From: Trueperaceae bacterium
Lineage (GTDB): Bacteria > Deinococcota > Deinococci > Deinococcales > Trueperaceae
Reading direction: 5' to 3'
DNA: 64,000 nt
Assembly (NCBI GenBank): GCA_965213925.1
Contig: OZ243927.1
Span: 1,696,001-1,760,000, forward strand
Position 1 is the first letter of the stretch. Every line of letters begins with the position of its first letter. Below the pieces are notes generated by a model. That model did not search any database. It was given only the letters and a program-made list of their open reading frames with translations, and was not told the origin of the DNA. The position numbers were made by a program, and so were the translations under genes. Below, one piece after another: positions 9,190 through 19,258 of this stretch.

Positions 9190-11619
9190 TCACGTCAACT
9201 TGCTTTGGGGTACGGGTCTGAACCGACAAGCGAGCAGCCCGCCCGCCGATGACGCACCCTCGTCCTGCGTCTCCGAAGAGGTCAGGATGAGGTAGTCTCT
9301 AGCCCTCGTCAACGCGACGTAGAGAAGCCGCTTCTCTTCCGCTACCTCTCGTTTATGCTTAGCGCCCTGCAACGCCTCATAAACCACGGGATTGCGCTTG
9401 TCGGGGGTCTTCTTATCCAGCTTTAAGCCTAAACCTATGCTCCCGAAGAGCAGCGGGTCTGTACGTTTGCGAAAGGGGTTGCTTAGGTCGGCGACGATGA
9501 CGACGGGCCACTCCAAACCTTTCGCCTTGTGGATGTTCAGGAGCGTCACCGCGTCCGCCGCTGCTAGAGGCGGTCTCGCCAAACTCACCTCGTGCTTGAG
9601 TAAGTCTTTCAGCTCGCGCCAGACGCTAAAGGCACTGTGCGTGTCCGCCTCGGAACGCCTGACGAGGGCGACGAACGCCGCGTAGTCTACGAGCCGCCTA
9701 TCGCCCCCCGCGAGGTTGGCGATCACCGCGCGGTAGCCCGTGCGCTTCTCGGCTAGGTCAAAGAGTTCGGTAGGAAGGCGTTTACGCCGCTCAGTCAGCT
9801 CGAGGAGAGTAGCTTTGGCATCTTCTAGGTAGGGCGATTCGCTCGCCTGGACGAGCGCCCACCAGCTCTGCTCGTCGGTCTTGTCTGCGGCTATCGTCTG
9901 TAAATCCCTGTCGCTAAGGGCGAAGAAGGGGCTTCTCAGCAGGGTGAGTAGGGCGAGGTCGTCCTCGGGGTCAGCTAAAAAGCGCAACAGTGCGGTGCCA
10001 TCTTGCGCCTCTCGCGTTGCCAGCAGGTCGTCGGTGTCGCCCTGCAAGAAGGGGACGCCCGCTTCTGCTAGCGCCTCGGCGTACACGCTGAGGGGCGCTT
10101 TATGCCTGGCGAGCACGGCGATGTCTTTGGGCTCTACAGGGCGTTCGACCTCGCCGTCGTGGACCAATACCTGCCTGTCTAGCAGCGCCCTCACGCGCAG
10201 GGCGATGAGCCGCGCCTCCTGCTCCAAGCGCTCGGAACGCAACCGGGACGGCTCCTCTAGGGTATATGCCTCGAGATAGGGACCGCGACCCGGCGCACAT
10301 TGCCTGGAGGCGCTGAGTGGTCCGTGGAGGTCGCCTAAGAACGCAGTCAGGTCGTTGAGCGGGGTGAGCAGTGCGTCGTGGGTTCTAAACGAGGTGTCCA
10401 GCGCGATGACCTCACCGCCGTCATACTGTATGCGCTCGCGGAAGCGGAAAAAGACCTCTACGTCTGCCCGGCGGAAGCCGTAAATGCTCTGTTTGGGGTC
10501 GCCGACGACGGTGAGAAGGCTGTCCTGGGCTAAGAGGTCCAAAAAGCGCTCTTGTACCGGGTTAGTGTCTTGCAACTCGTCAATTAGAAACGCCTTCCAG
10601 CGGGCTCGGTAGTGCGCCCTGACGTGTGCGTGCTCTAGGGCACTCAGGGCGTGAACCTCGAGATTCGCGAAATCCACACAACGCGCCTCTTTGCGCCGTT
10701 CGCTCATAAACTGCTTGACGTGTTCAAAGGCGGTTCGGAGCGCCGGTAGGCGTGAGGCGAGTTGGGCGTCAGCGTCGCTCAAGTCCAGCGCGAGCTGCTT
10801 TTGGTTTCGTTTGACGCCCTCTCTGAGCGCTGAAATCGCGATGCCTACCTCTTTGAAGGCGTCCTCCCCCCACGCCTTACGGCTGCCGCCTCGTAAGCTA
10901 ACCGTTAGCGCCTCTTCGTATGCGCTCTGACACGCCTCGGCGTCACCTGGTTCGATGGTTTCCAAGCACCTCAGCGCGAGCTTTCTGGCGTCTTCGCGGG
11001 CGTCGCCCTCAGGTCCGGGTATACAGAGCGTAGCCTTGTGCGGCGCTAAAGCGGCGAGGAGGTCGCGGCGGGCGCTCTCCCTGGTCACCTCGGCGAGCGT
11101 AGCCCAATCCTCTTGCCCCTTGCTTAGCGCAACGTTCGCCGTGAGTGGGTCGAAGAGCAGTTCTTCTACGAACGCTCTAAGCTCCGTATAGGGGACCTGC
11201 TCGAAGCACCAGGGCGGCACGCTCGCCATCGCTTCGCCAAATATCCCAAGCCGGAAGAGCTTTTCCTCGTTCTCGTCCATGACCCTAAAATTGGCGGGAA
11301 GACCTGTTTCTAAGGGGAAGTCGCGGCAGACGCGCGCAGCTAGAGCGTCAATCGTGCTGATCTGGGCTGCTTCGAGTTCGGCGAGATGCTCCGGGCTGAC
11401 GTGCCCTAAACTGCTCATGCGCGTGCGGATGCGGCTTCTAAGCTCCGCCGCCGCCTTGCGCGTGAAGGTCGTGGCGACCACCTCTAAAGGCGACAGACCG
11501 CCCTCTACCAAAAAAAGATAGCGCTCGGTGAGTAGAAAGGTCTTGCCGCTCCCCGCTCCGGCGGTAACGGCGACGCTGCCTTCGGCGTGGACAGCCCGCC
11601 TCTGCTCAGGGGTCAGCAC
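9190..11619 (-). CDS. UvrD/AddA-like SF1A helicase without a C-terminal nuclease domain
   Basis: AGAGSGKT, TFTRKAAAE, IDELQDT, VGDPKQSIYGFRRAD, NIHKAKGLEW, LLYVALTRA; ends about 35 aa after motif VI. Confidence 0.85.
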   Translation of the reverse strand: MLTPEQRRAVHAEGSVAVTAGAGSGKTFLLTERYLFLVEGGLSPLEVVATTFTRKAAAELRSRIRTRMSSLGHVSPEHLAELEAAQISTIDALAARVCRDFPLETGLPANFRVMDENEEKLFRLGIFGEAMASVPPWCFEQVPYTELRAFVEELLFDPLTANVALSKGQEDWATLAEVTRESARRDLLAALAPHKATLCIPGPEGDAREDARKLALRCLETIEPGDAEACQSAYEEALTVSLRGGSRKAWGEDAFKEVGIAISALREGVKRNQKQLALDLSDADAQLASRLPALRTAFEHVKQFMSERRKEARCVDFANLEVHALSALEHAHVRAHYRARWKAFLIDELQDTNPVQERFLDLLAQDSLLTVVGDPKQSIYGFRRADVEVFFRFRERIQYDGGEVIALDTSFRTHDALLTPLNDLTAFLGDLHGPLSASRQCAPGRGPYLEAYTLEEPSRLRSERLEQEARLIALRVRALLDRQVLVHDGEVERPVEPKDIAVLARHKAPLSVYAEALAEAGVPFLQGDTDDLLATREAQDGTALLRFLADPEDDLALLTLLRSPFFALSDRDLQTIAADKTDEQSWWALVQASESPYLEDAKATLLELTERRKRLPTELFDLAEKRTGYRAVIANLAGGDRRLVDYAAFVALVRRSEADTHSAFSVWRELKDLLKHEVSLARPPLAAADAVTLLNIHKAKGLEWPVVIVADLSNPFRKRTDPLLFGSIGLGLKLDKKTPDKRNPVVYEALQGAKHKREVAEEKRLLYVALTRARDYLILTSSETQDEGASSAGGLLACRFRPVPQSKLT

Positions 11620-14101
11620 GGGATTCTCTTTCTAGGTGTTCTGCCTGTAGGTGTTTACCCTTGAGGCGCGGTCCCTTGCGACACAGGAGGTCGAAGTCGC
11701 AGTACGCGCAGTTGTCGCTGCTCGGGGCAGGCGGGAAGGTGCCCGACGCTAGCGCCTTTTTCGCCGCTGCTAAACGTTCTTCTAGGTCGTCCGGGGCGCG
11801 GCTCGTAATGACCTCCGCGTGCTTTAAGGAGAAGTAGCGGGCGCGGACGGGCTTATCCGGGTGGCGCTCCCTGACGGCAGTTTCGTAGATGCTGAGCTGC
11901 ACGTCGGGCTTAGAAACATAGCGCGAGGTCTTGTAGTCGGTGATTTCATACCCATCCGGGGTGCGGTCCAGCCGGTCGAGGCGTCCTCTGACCTTGAAGC
12001 CCTGCCAGGTTGACACGAAATGCTGTTCGGTCTCTTTGACAAAGGCGTCCTCGGCGATGAAGCCCGGCGAGGCGATAGCGGAGCGCAGAGTCGCGATGAG
12101 TTCTAGGCGCTTGCCGGACCAAGCCGGGAGGTCGGGCATCCCCTCTAATGCTTCAGCGTCAGCGAACGCTGCCTCGACGCCCTCTAGCATTGCATCTCTA
12201 ACATCAGCCGTGCCCTGCGTACGCTCGGCGAGCAGCTGGAGCGTTTTATGATAGAGGTTCCCCGTAAAGAGCGCGTCCTCTTCGAACTCGGCGGGTGGTC
12301 CCGCCTCCAGCACATACGCCGCGAACCACTTGAAGGGGCAACTCAGCAGATGTGTCAGTTGGGTCGCGCTGAATACGTGGTCGGAAACGTCCACCGCGAC
12401 GCCGGTGACGCCGTCGAACTCATTGAACGTCCCCGCCGCCTCACGCGAACGCTCCACCTTTAATGCCTGTGCGCCTACCCCTCCTTTTGCACGCTCTTCA
12501 TCCCGTAAGCTGGCTCGCTGCCGCTCCTGCTCGCTCACGAGATAGACCTCACGGCTCACCTCGGGCGTCAGCCCTAAAACGCGGAAGTAGTGACTGGCTT
12601 CGGCAGGTTGCCCGTCCAAATGCTGCGGGTAAGAAAGCGTCAGGCTCGCCTTAGCGTGCGCCACGAGCGAGTGGAAGCTGAGCTGTTCGCGCCACGCGGC
12701 GTAGGGTGCGGTCTCGACGTTTACTCCGGCAGAGCGCAAGGTTTTACGCTCGAAGAAGTCCAGCGCGGCGTCGTCTCTGAGCGGCGCGGGAAAGGTTCCT
12801 TCGGCGAGACCTAGCACGAACACGTGGGACAACTCTGCGCCCAGCACCGCCAGCGGCGTATGCACCGAGACGCCCCGCCCCGGCTTAACGGGTACGGTGA
12901 GCGCGTGCAGGGTGTCGTCTAGCTCTGCGAGGAAGGCGTCGCGGGACAGCGTAGTTTCGCCGTCCAAAGATTCGAGCGCAGCCCTTAACGATGCAAGCGC
13001 AGCCTGCTCGCGCGGCAGACGCAACTCGAAAGCGTTCCAGAACTCAGCGAGCACGGCACTGAACGAGGTGCGCGTGGCGAAAGAGGGTAGGGTGGGGAGG
13101 TCTATCCCTAACGCGCCCCAAGCCGCGAGGCGCTGAGGATGCGCCTCGCGTATCTGCGCCCAGAGTGCTGAGTCGAGCCTGTCGGTCAGCGGGTGCGCCA
13201 AGAACCTCGTTGTCGCCTCGTAAGCGTACGCACCCCTGATCATGGCGGTGAACGCTCCCACAAAGCTGCCCACGCGGGTGTTCTTGAGCGGCACGGCGTA
13301 GTAAGCGGCGACCTCCAAACCGTATTCGCGTGCGACCGCGAGGATCAGCGGACCGTAAAGCGCTTCGTCACGCACGACGAGCGCGATGTCGCTAGGTCGT
13401 ACCCCTTCATCCAGATAGGCGTTGACCCGCCCCAGCACGCCGCGCACCTCAGCCTCTTGGTTGGCGAAGGCGAGGGCGTGAGTAGGAGCGTACGTTGTCC
13501 AAGTCTGCGCCGCCGGTTCGCGCACGCTAGACCAACCTCTCACCTCTAAAAAAGCCGCCGCGTCACTGTTCTCGGTGAAGAGCGCGTCCTCGGCGAAGGG
13601 CAGGGCGAGCTGCGAGCCGTCTCCTGCCAGCGCGTCTAAAAAGGTCAGCTCGCCCAAGCCCAGACGCGGGTAGCCCGTGACCGTGACCTGCACCCGCTGG
13701 ACGGTTCGTGCCGCCTCGAAAAAGACCTGAGAGGCGTCGATTAGTCCCTTTTCGGCGAGCAGATGCTTGAACGATTTCGTCACCTCGGCGAGTTTGACAG
13801 AGCGACCGCCGCAGGAGGCGACGACGTCAAGGTCAGCGTCCAACCGGAGTAGCTCTCGCACCGCCGGGGCGAAGAAGCGGGCGAAGCCGAGCGCGTCGCA
13901 CTCACCTAACACCTCTCGCACAGCGCCCATAAGGAGCTGCCGGGACCGGACCGAAGAGGCAACTTCTAACGTGACAGCTTGGCGGGCGAGGGACTCTAGC
14001 GTTATCCCAGTTACGCCCAGAGAGCTGGCGGCGGACCTGTTCGGCGTGACGACTAAGCCGCGAAGGTCCGGCAGCGCTCCCAAATAAACGGTGCGGCTCA
14101 A
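11606..14101 (-). CDS. AddB-like protein with PD-(D/E)xK nuclease and four Fe-S cysteines
   Basis: Degenerate helicase fold; SATQL..SCPFKWF, RGRLDRLD, ITDYKT, CAYCDFDLLC; overlaps the helicase gene by 14 nt. Confidence 0.8.
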   Translation of the reverse strand: MSRTVYLGALPDLRGLVVTPNRSAASSLGVTGITLESLARQAVTLEVASSVRSRQLLMGAVREVLGECDALGFARFFAPAVRELLRLDADLDVVASCGGRSVKLAEVTKSFKHLLAEKGLIDASQVFFEAARTVQRVQVTVTGYPRLGLGELTFLDALAGDGSQLALPFAEDALFTENSDAAAFLEVRGWSSVREPAAQTWTTYAPTHALAFANQEAEVRGVLGRVNAYLDEGVRPSDIALVVRDEALYGPLILAVAREYGLEVAAYYAVPLKNTRVGSFVGAFTAMIRGAYAYEATTRFLAHPLTDRLDSALWAQIREAHPQRLAAWGALGIDLPTLPSFATRTSFSAVLAEFWNAFELRLPREQAALASLRAALESLDGETTLSRDAFLAELDDTLHALTVPVKPGRGVSVHTPLAVLGAELSHVFVLGLAEGTFPAPLRDDAALDFFERKTLRSAGVNVETAPYAAWREQLSFHSLVAHAKASLTLSYPQHLDGQPAEASHYFRVLGLTPEVSREVYLVSEQERQRASLRDEERAKGGVGAQALKVERSREAAGTFNEFDGVTGVAVDVSDHVFSATQLTHLLSCPFKWFAAYVLEAGPPAEFEEDALFTGNLYHKTLQLLAERTQGTADVRDAMLEGVEAAFADAEALEGMPDLPAWSGKRLELIATLRSAIASPGFIAEDAFVKETEQHFVSTWQGFKVRGRLDRLDRTPDGYEITDYKTSRYVSKPDVQLSIYETAVRERHPDKPVRARYFSLKHAEVITSRAPDDLEERLAAAKKALASGTFPPAPSSDNCAYCDFDLLCRKGPRLKGKHLQAEHLERESRADP

Positions 14102-14222
14102 CGCGCCCTCAAAGTGTTGAGGTGCGCGTTGCGTGGATGAGCGCAGAAGCTACTTGCGGATAAAGACTGCCGGATCAAATTGGCACACACAATCCGCATC
14201 TTACCGCCTCACGCGCATCAGC

Positions 14223-16169
14223 CTAAGCTGCCGCTTCACTGAGCGCCAGGATTTCGCGCTCGACGTAGGCTTTGAATTCGCCCTCGGACGTGAAGAACCT
14301 GTAGCCCGCACGGTTTGCCGCTTCTTCGGTCTCGCTCGGCTCGTCGAGCAGCAGGGCGACAGGCTGCGTTAAACCCTCTTGCAAGCCATTAGGCCAGGCT
14401 AAGTCTAAGATAGCTTGCGCCTCGCCCGCCGCGTTCACCAGCTCGAACATGAACTCGCCCTCTGGCAAGCCCTGCTCGCTCACCCACGTGTTGGTGTCGA
14501 TCAGGAACTGCTCCTCTTCCTGGCTGTCCACGCTGCCGGGAATGACCCGCGCGACCTCATCTGGTGAAGACATAACTTCGCGTTCAGGCATCTGCCCGTG
14601 ATAGAGGCTGTCCAAAAAGGTGTTGGCGGCGTCGGCTAAAAGCTCACGGCGAGCGGTTAGGAAGTCGGGATAGTTCTCTATCCTCCACAAGTCCCGGTCC
14701 AAGGGTATCCAGTGCGATGCCAGCACACCGGGGTGCTTCTCGGCGTACTCGGCTAGGTATGCCTCGGGCAGCCGGTCGGAGACCTTGAGGTTGGTGTCTT
14801 GGGTCAGGAAGGTGAAGTTCGCGAGCGCGTTCACTTCGGCTTTGTCGTAGTCGTACTTGTAGAGCTGCGCTTTGGGAAAGATGTGGTGCACCTGCAAAGC
14901 GCTCAGCTTGCCGAGCAGGTGGTTGGTGAGTTCGACACCGGTCTCCCAGTCGCGGGTGTGCCCCACGCGGGTCATCATGTAGAGCATCGGGTAAAAGCGT
15001 GCGCCCCTGCCCCACCCGGCGAAGTCATTCGCAGCCAGCCGGAGGTCGCCTCGGTTCTGGCGCAGACCGTCGATCAGCCGCTCTAGTGCGCCCTCGTCCT
15101 CTTCGATAAGCCCTAAGTCTTTGTTCAAAACGCTTTCGGTCGAGCCCGCGTAGCGACCCCATAAGAAAGTGTGGACGTACCAGTAGAGCAGGCGGTCACG
15201 CTCGGCAGCGTCGCTCAGATCGCCGCCTTTCTGCTGCCAGTAGCGCACCAAGAGCGGGAAGGCGTAGCGGTTGCCCAGCACGCGGTCGTGGTCGAGCCCG
15301 AGCCGTGAGGCGATGAGGTTCAAGAAGGTGTCAATCCCTGTCTCCGCGCGCTCCACACCCTCTTTGAAGGTCGGCGTGTCTACATCTTTAAGCGCGTTGA
15401 AGAGCGCCTCGCCTGTGAGTAGCGTGTTGACGCTCCGCAAGAACCAGTCGAGCTTGAAGCTGTAGCCTGCGTGTTCCCACTTCTCCAACTTCGCCTTCAT
15501 CGTGTCCCTCGCCTCGGGCCACTCGGCGCAGATTTTGGCGAGCGCCAGGTCGCCCTTGGAGAGCTTAGTGCCGCCGGAGTTGACGACGTTGAAGATGTCC
15601 ACGACCACGTCGATGGTTTTGTCCTCGCCGGTGACCTTCTCGATATGGACATTGATGTTTTCGATGCCGTGGACCTGGTTGATGCGGTCGATGTAAGTGG
15701 TGAGGTTGTCCTGCATCGCCGGGTCGGTGACTAAGCGCTTCATGAACTCGCCCGAGCCTTTTTGCATGAGTTCGGTAACGTCGACCCAAAGGGGATTGTC
15801 CTTCATCTTGAGCGGCGCGTAGAACTCGAAGGTCTCGTCGTCTAGGTTGAAGTGCAGCCCGGTGAACGCCTGGGCGTTGCCGTCGAAGAACTTGGGCGGA
15901 CGACCGCGCATGAGCCCGTACAAGCTGGTCATGCGTTGCTGACCGTCGAGGATCAGCTCGACGCTTCCGGGGGTAAGCGTTCCGTCGCCGCGCGAGGGTG
16001 CGCCCTCGGTTTTGGTCACCCAGACAAGCAGACTGCCCACCGGATAGCGGCGGTAGAGTGAGTGCATGAGGCGGCGCACCTGCTCGCGGTTCCAAACGTA
16101 GCCGCGTTGGAATTCGGGCAGGGCCATTGCCCCGTTGTCGATTTGGTCAAGGACGGTGCTGATGTTCAC
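14223..16169 (-). CDS. GmrSD-like type IV restriction endonuclease (DUF262 + DUF1524) with C-terminal extension
   Basis: LPEFQRGYVW, LDGQQR and FNVVNSGG (DUF262); HHIFP..NALANFTFL (DUF1524/HNH). Confidence 0.85.
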   Translation of the reverse strand: MNISTVLDQIDNGAMALPEFQRGYVWNREQVRRLMHSLYRRYPVGSLLVWVTKTEGAPSRGDGTLTPGSVELILDGQQRMTSLYGLMRGRPPKFFDGNAQAFTGLHFNLDDETFEFYAPLKMKDNPLWVDVTELMQKGSGEFMKRLVTDPAMQDNLTTYIDRINQVHGIENINVHIEKVTGEDKTIDVVVDIFNVVNSGGTKLSKGDLALAKICAEWPEARDTMKAKLEKWEHAGYSFKLDWFLRSVNTLLTGEALFNALKDVDTPTFKEGVERAETGIDTFLNLIASRLGLDHDRVLGNRYAFPLLVRYWQQKGGDLSDAAERDRLLYWYVHTFLWGRYAGSTESVLNKDLGLIEEDEGALERLIDGLRQNRGDLRLAANDFAGWGRGARFYPMLYMMTRVGHTRDWETGVELTNHLLGKLSALQVHHIFPKAQLYKYDYDKAEVNALANFTFLTQDTNLKVSDRLPEAYLAEYAEKHPGVLASHWIPLDRDLWRIENYPDFLTARRELLADAANTFLDSLYHGQMPEREVMSSPDEVARVIPGSVDSQEEEQFLIDTNTWVSEQGLPEGEFMFELVNAAGEAQAILDLAWPNGLQEGLTQPVALLLDEPSETEEAANRAGYRFFTSEGEFKAYVEREILALSEAAA

Positions 16170-16281
16170 GAACTGCTCCTCGGCTTATATGCCCACACCA
16201 TATCTTTCAGAGCGGGTTGCGCGTTGTGCAGCCTGTCACTTTGAACTGGGGGCGTGACGTTCGCTAGTTCTCTAATAGACT

Positions 16282-17223
16282 TCAAGCGGCGTCCAATAGT
16301 CCGCGCAAAAGAGGTTCATACAGCTCTCTCTCCCGCAGCCCCTCACGCCACCTCTCGGGTATGCCCGCTATCCCAAAGCGCAAGCCCGCAATCCCACCCG
16401 CCACACACGCCGTCGTGTCGGTGTCGTTGCCCAAGAGAACCGCCCGCTTCACCACCGCCTCAAAGTTGGGCTCTCTTTGCACTTCATAGGCGGAGTGCAA
16501 GCAGTCCACTACATAGCCTGTTCCCTTGCAGGTGTAGGTGTCGAGCGGGCGCACTGAGAATTCTAATTCCGCTAGGTACGCCGCTTCGTCTTGATATGCC
16601 GCTGAGAGGGTCTCTACCGCTCTTGTCCAGGCGTCGTTGTAGGGCTGGTTCTCGAGCACGTATCGCGCCCACAAGCAGTACAACGCGCAGCAAACCTGAC
16701 TCCTCACGTGCCGGTGGGTGGCACAGGACTGCAAGTGAGCATCGCGGATAAGCGCGTCGTCTGACCCTTGGTGCCACAAGGCTAAAGGCAACACCCGCAT
16801 CAAGGAGCCGTTGCCGTTCGACTGTTCATGGTCTGCGCCTGCTTCGGTTGCCTTCACGCCGCTTCTCAGCTTGCGGAGAGCTTCACCCGTGGTGATGCCA
16901 ATGTCGAAGACGCGGTTGTCCACTGCCATATAGCCGTGCTTATACCAGTTGAGAAGTTTGCGCCCTAAGTCTTCGGGGTCGAGCTTACCTTTATGAAGTA
17001 GGCTTGCCAGCAAGCAAAGGGCTTGTGCGCCGTCATCAGACCAGGTGCCTGGGGGAGTGCCCTTGTGAGCCCGCTGGAAGTCGTCGGGTGGGGTGTACTC
17101 GATCTCGTCAAAAGGCGGCAGAGCTTCGGGTGAGTGGAACTCGTAGGGCACGCCCAAAGCGTCGCCGACGAGGAGGCTGACCAAAGCTCCGGTGAGGCGG
17201 TCGGTGCGGCTAGGTGAAGTCAT
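16282..17223 (-). CDS. ADP-ribosylglycohydrolase (DraG/ARH family)
   Basis: GDALGVPYEF, GTWSDDG, SNGNGSLMR and GNDTDTTACVAG. Confidence 0.92.
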   Translation of the reverse strand: MTSPSRTDRLTGALVSLLVGDALGVPYEFHSPEALPPFDEIEYTPPDDFQRAHKGTPPGTWSDDGAQALCLLASLLHKGKLDPEDLGRKLLNWYKHGYMAVDNRVFDIGITTGEALRKLRSGVKATEAGADHEQSNGNGSLMRVLPLALWHQGSDDALIRDAHLQSCATHRHVRSQVCCALYCLWARYVLENQPYNDAWTRAVETLSAAYQDEAAYLAELEFSVRPLDTYTCKGTGYVVDCLHSAYEVQREPNFEAVVKRAVLLGNDTDTTACVAGGIAGLRFGIAGIPERWREGLRERELYEPLLRGLLDAA

Positions 17224-17373
17224 CGGACAAGACTAACACCGTGAGGACGGCACACGAGTGCAGTATTTAGCCCAGCAGAAGCACGCAATGTCAACCGGGA
17301 TAGAGCGCTCGCAGCCGGGCGGAGCAAAGTAGCGATGTAAGTCACTCTTCCTTAGCTCGTGTAAACTAAAGGG

Positions 17374-17721
17374 GTGACCCGCGCCCTTCAAGAAGTCGAA
17401 AAACTCCTCGCCGAGATGAGCCGCGCCGAGAAAGCCCAGCTCTTACAGTGGGTCGTGAGCGACTTGGGCGACGCCTTCCCCGGCATTGAGAGCACCCCTG
17501 GCATCGTTGGCGGCGTGCCGCGCATCGTGCGCACCCGCATCCCGGTATGGGTCTTAGAGCAGGCGCGGCGCTTGGGAGTAAGCGAAGCCGACCTGCTGCG
17601 AGCTTATCCCACTTTGCAGGCAGAAGACCTCACCCACGCCTGGGCATATGTGCGGGCGCACCGCGCAGAGATCAACGAGCAGATCGAAGCGAACGAAAGA
17701 GACGTAGAGGACGCGCTCTGA
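17374..17721 (+). CDS. DUF433 antitoxin
   Basis: PGIVGGVPRIVRTRIPVW..LLRAYPTL; directly abuts the PIN-like gene. Confidence 0.85.
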   Translation: MTRALQEVEKLLAEMSRAEKAQLLQWVVSDLGDAFPGIESTPGIVGGVPRIVRTRIPVWVLEQARRLGVSEADLLRAYPTLQAEDLTHAWAYVRAHRAEINEQIEANERDVEDAL

Positions 17722-18060
17722 GTGGCTCGCTTTTACGCCGACGAGAACTTCCCCTTTCCCGTCGCCAAAGCCTTGCGTGACCTCGGGCACGACGTCCTCA
17801 CAGTCTTAGAGGCAGACCAGGCGGAGCAGGCTATCCCAGATAATGAGGTGTTGGCGTTTGCCGCAGGTGAAGCGCGGGCGGTCCTCACCTTGAACCGCAA
17901 AGATTTCATCGGGTTGCACCGCGAGAGCGCTGACCATACAGGTATCGTCGCCTGCACCTTCGACCCGGACTTTCTAGGTCAAGCGAGGCGCATTCATGAG
18001 GCGGTAAGCGGGCAGTTCGATCTCGTAGGGCAACTCCTACGGGTCAACCGCGAGCCGTAA
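17722..18060 (+). CDS. DUF5615 PIN-like toxin
   Basis: FYADENFP, LGHDV, IPDNEVL and VLTLNRKDF. Confidence 0.85.
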   Translation: MARFYADENFPFPVAKALRDLGHDVLTVLEADQAEQAIPDNEVLAFAAGEARAVLTLNRKDFIGLHRESADHTGIVACTFDPDFLGQARRIHEAVSGQFDLVGQLLRVNREP

Positions 18061-18163
18061 AACGTCATGTAAGTACGTGAAGCCGCATAGAACTGGACGA
18101 TCATTCTCAGTTGAGTTTGTTCTAGCCGCGCACCGCTCAACGCTGGGTAAGCGTTGATGAACC

Positions 18164-18220
18164 TGCGCCCTAAGTCTTCGAAGTCAAGCTTACCTCTATG
18201 GAGCAAGCTCGCCAGCAAGC
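18164..18220 (-). pseudogene. 57-bp fragment of a second ADP-ribosylglycohydrolase copy
   Basis: 49/57 nt identical to 16959-17015 by manual alignment; LLASLLHRGKLDFEDLGR vs LLASLLHKGKLDPEDLGR. Confidence 0.75.
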
Positions 18221-18232
18221 TAGCCGCATCAT

Positions 18233-18457
18233 CTACTCAAGTTCAGCTAACATCTTTCGCAGCAGTGCCGCCGTTTCGTTCTTGACTCTGCGCCGCGCGT
18301 CGATCAAAGCGCCGAGTTGCTCCGTGTCGGGCGGCAGGTCGAAGCTAGCCGCCTCTTGGATACGCCCTTCGAGTTCCGCGATCCGTTCGCCCAGCACTCG
18401 GTGGCGCTCATTGAGACCTTCAAGTCGGTCCAACACCTCGGGGTCGAAGAGTTGCAT
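18233..18457 (-). CDS. Small helical hypothetical protein
   Basis: 74-aa ORF with gtagga before the ATG; coiled-coil-like composition. Confidence 0.45.
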   Translation of the reverse strand: MQLFDPEVLDRLEGLNERHRVLGERIAELEGRIQEAASFDLPPDTEQLGALIDARRRVKNETAALLRKMLAELE

Positions 18458-18743
18458 TCCTACAGGTTAATCGGTTTCAGCAGGTCCGCGCTATTCTCCC
18501 TCACCCTGCCGACTCTTATAGAAAGGCTAATATCTTGATGCCGCTAAAGAAGAATGACGTAAAGAAAGATTCGCATCCTTTGCTTTCTTTTCGTAATTCA
18601 CTAAGAAAGTTTCTTTCCTTATTAGCTCGCCAAGAGGTTTGCTGTAGGGCATTTGAGGTAATGGTTGACGGCTAATTCTTTCCTCAAACTTTACACAAAC
18701 TCTGAATTCAGAGTTCACAACTCATCATGACGAATTTTTCAGA

Positions 18744-19088
18744 GTGTGGTGTTTCTTCTTGCAGAGCGTTTTCGACATAGCGCAGTGGGCGTTCAGGACA
18801 GCGCAGCAGCTCATCGCGCTTTTCGAGCAAGACCGAGGACGGGCGGGCACGTTGCGGCGTGGGGCGGGCTCTGCTTTGCAGGTGTTGCAGTACGCGCAGC
18901 GCAAGATGGTCTTCTCGGTACCCGAAGCGGACGAGGCGCTTGGCATCTCGCCGCCGACGATTCGCAAAGCGGTGGAGGGGCTCGAGACACTTGGCATCTT
19001 GGACGAGGTGACGGGCAAGGGGCGCAACCGGGTGTGGGTGTACCGGGAGTACCTGCGTATTTTGGGGGAGGGAACGGAGCCTCTATAG
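18744..19088 (+). pseudogene. Fic-family protein, C-terminal wHTH remnant
   Basis: W..FFL...A, then LETLGILDEVTGKGRNRVWVYREYLRIL typical of Fic C-termini; no HPFxDGNGR motif. Confidence 0.7.
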
Positions 19089-19258
19089 AAACACTCGACT
19101 AAACAGCTCATAAAAGGCTAGCAAATGCAACACAAACCTTCTCTCTCTTGCGAGTTTTTTCATGGCATGCCCCCAACCATGCTGGGTTATCATGCAAAAC
19201 TCATGATACGAAAAATTTCGCTTCGACTCGTCTTCACTAATAGTGGAACGAATGGTCA

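Noticed and set aside
11606..12300. Fe-S PD-(D/E)xK nuclease as Cas4
   Set aside because: It is the C-terminus of an 831-aa AddB-like protein coupled to a UvrD helicase; no cas context.
18527..18718. 63-aa AT-rich ORF as a real gene
   Set aside because: No recognisable motif or RBS; lies among gene debris, so it cannot be supported.
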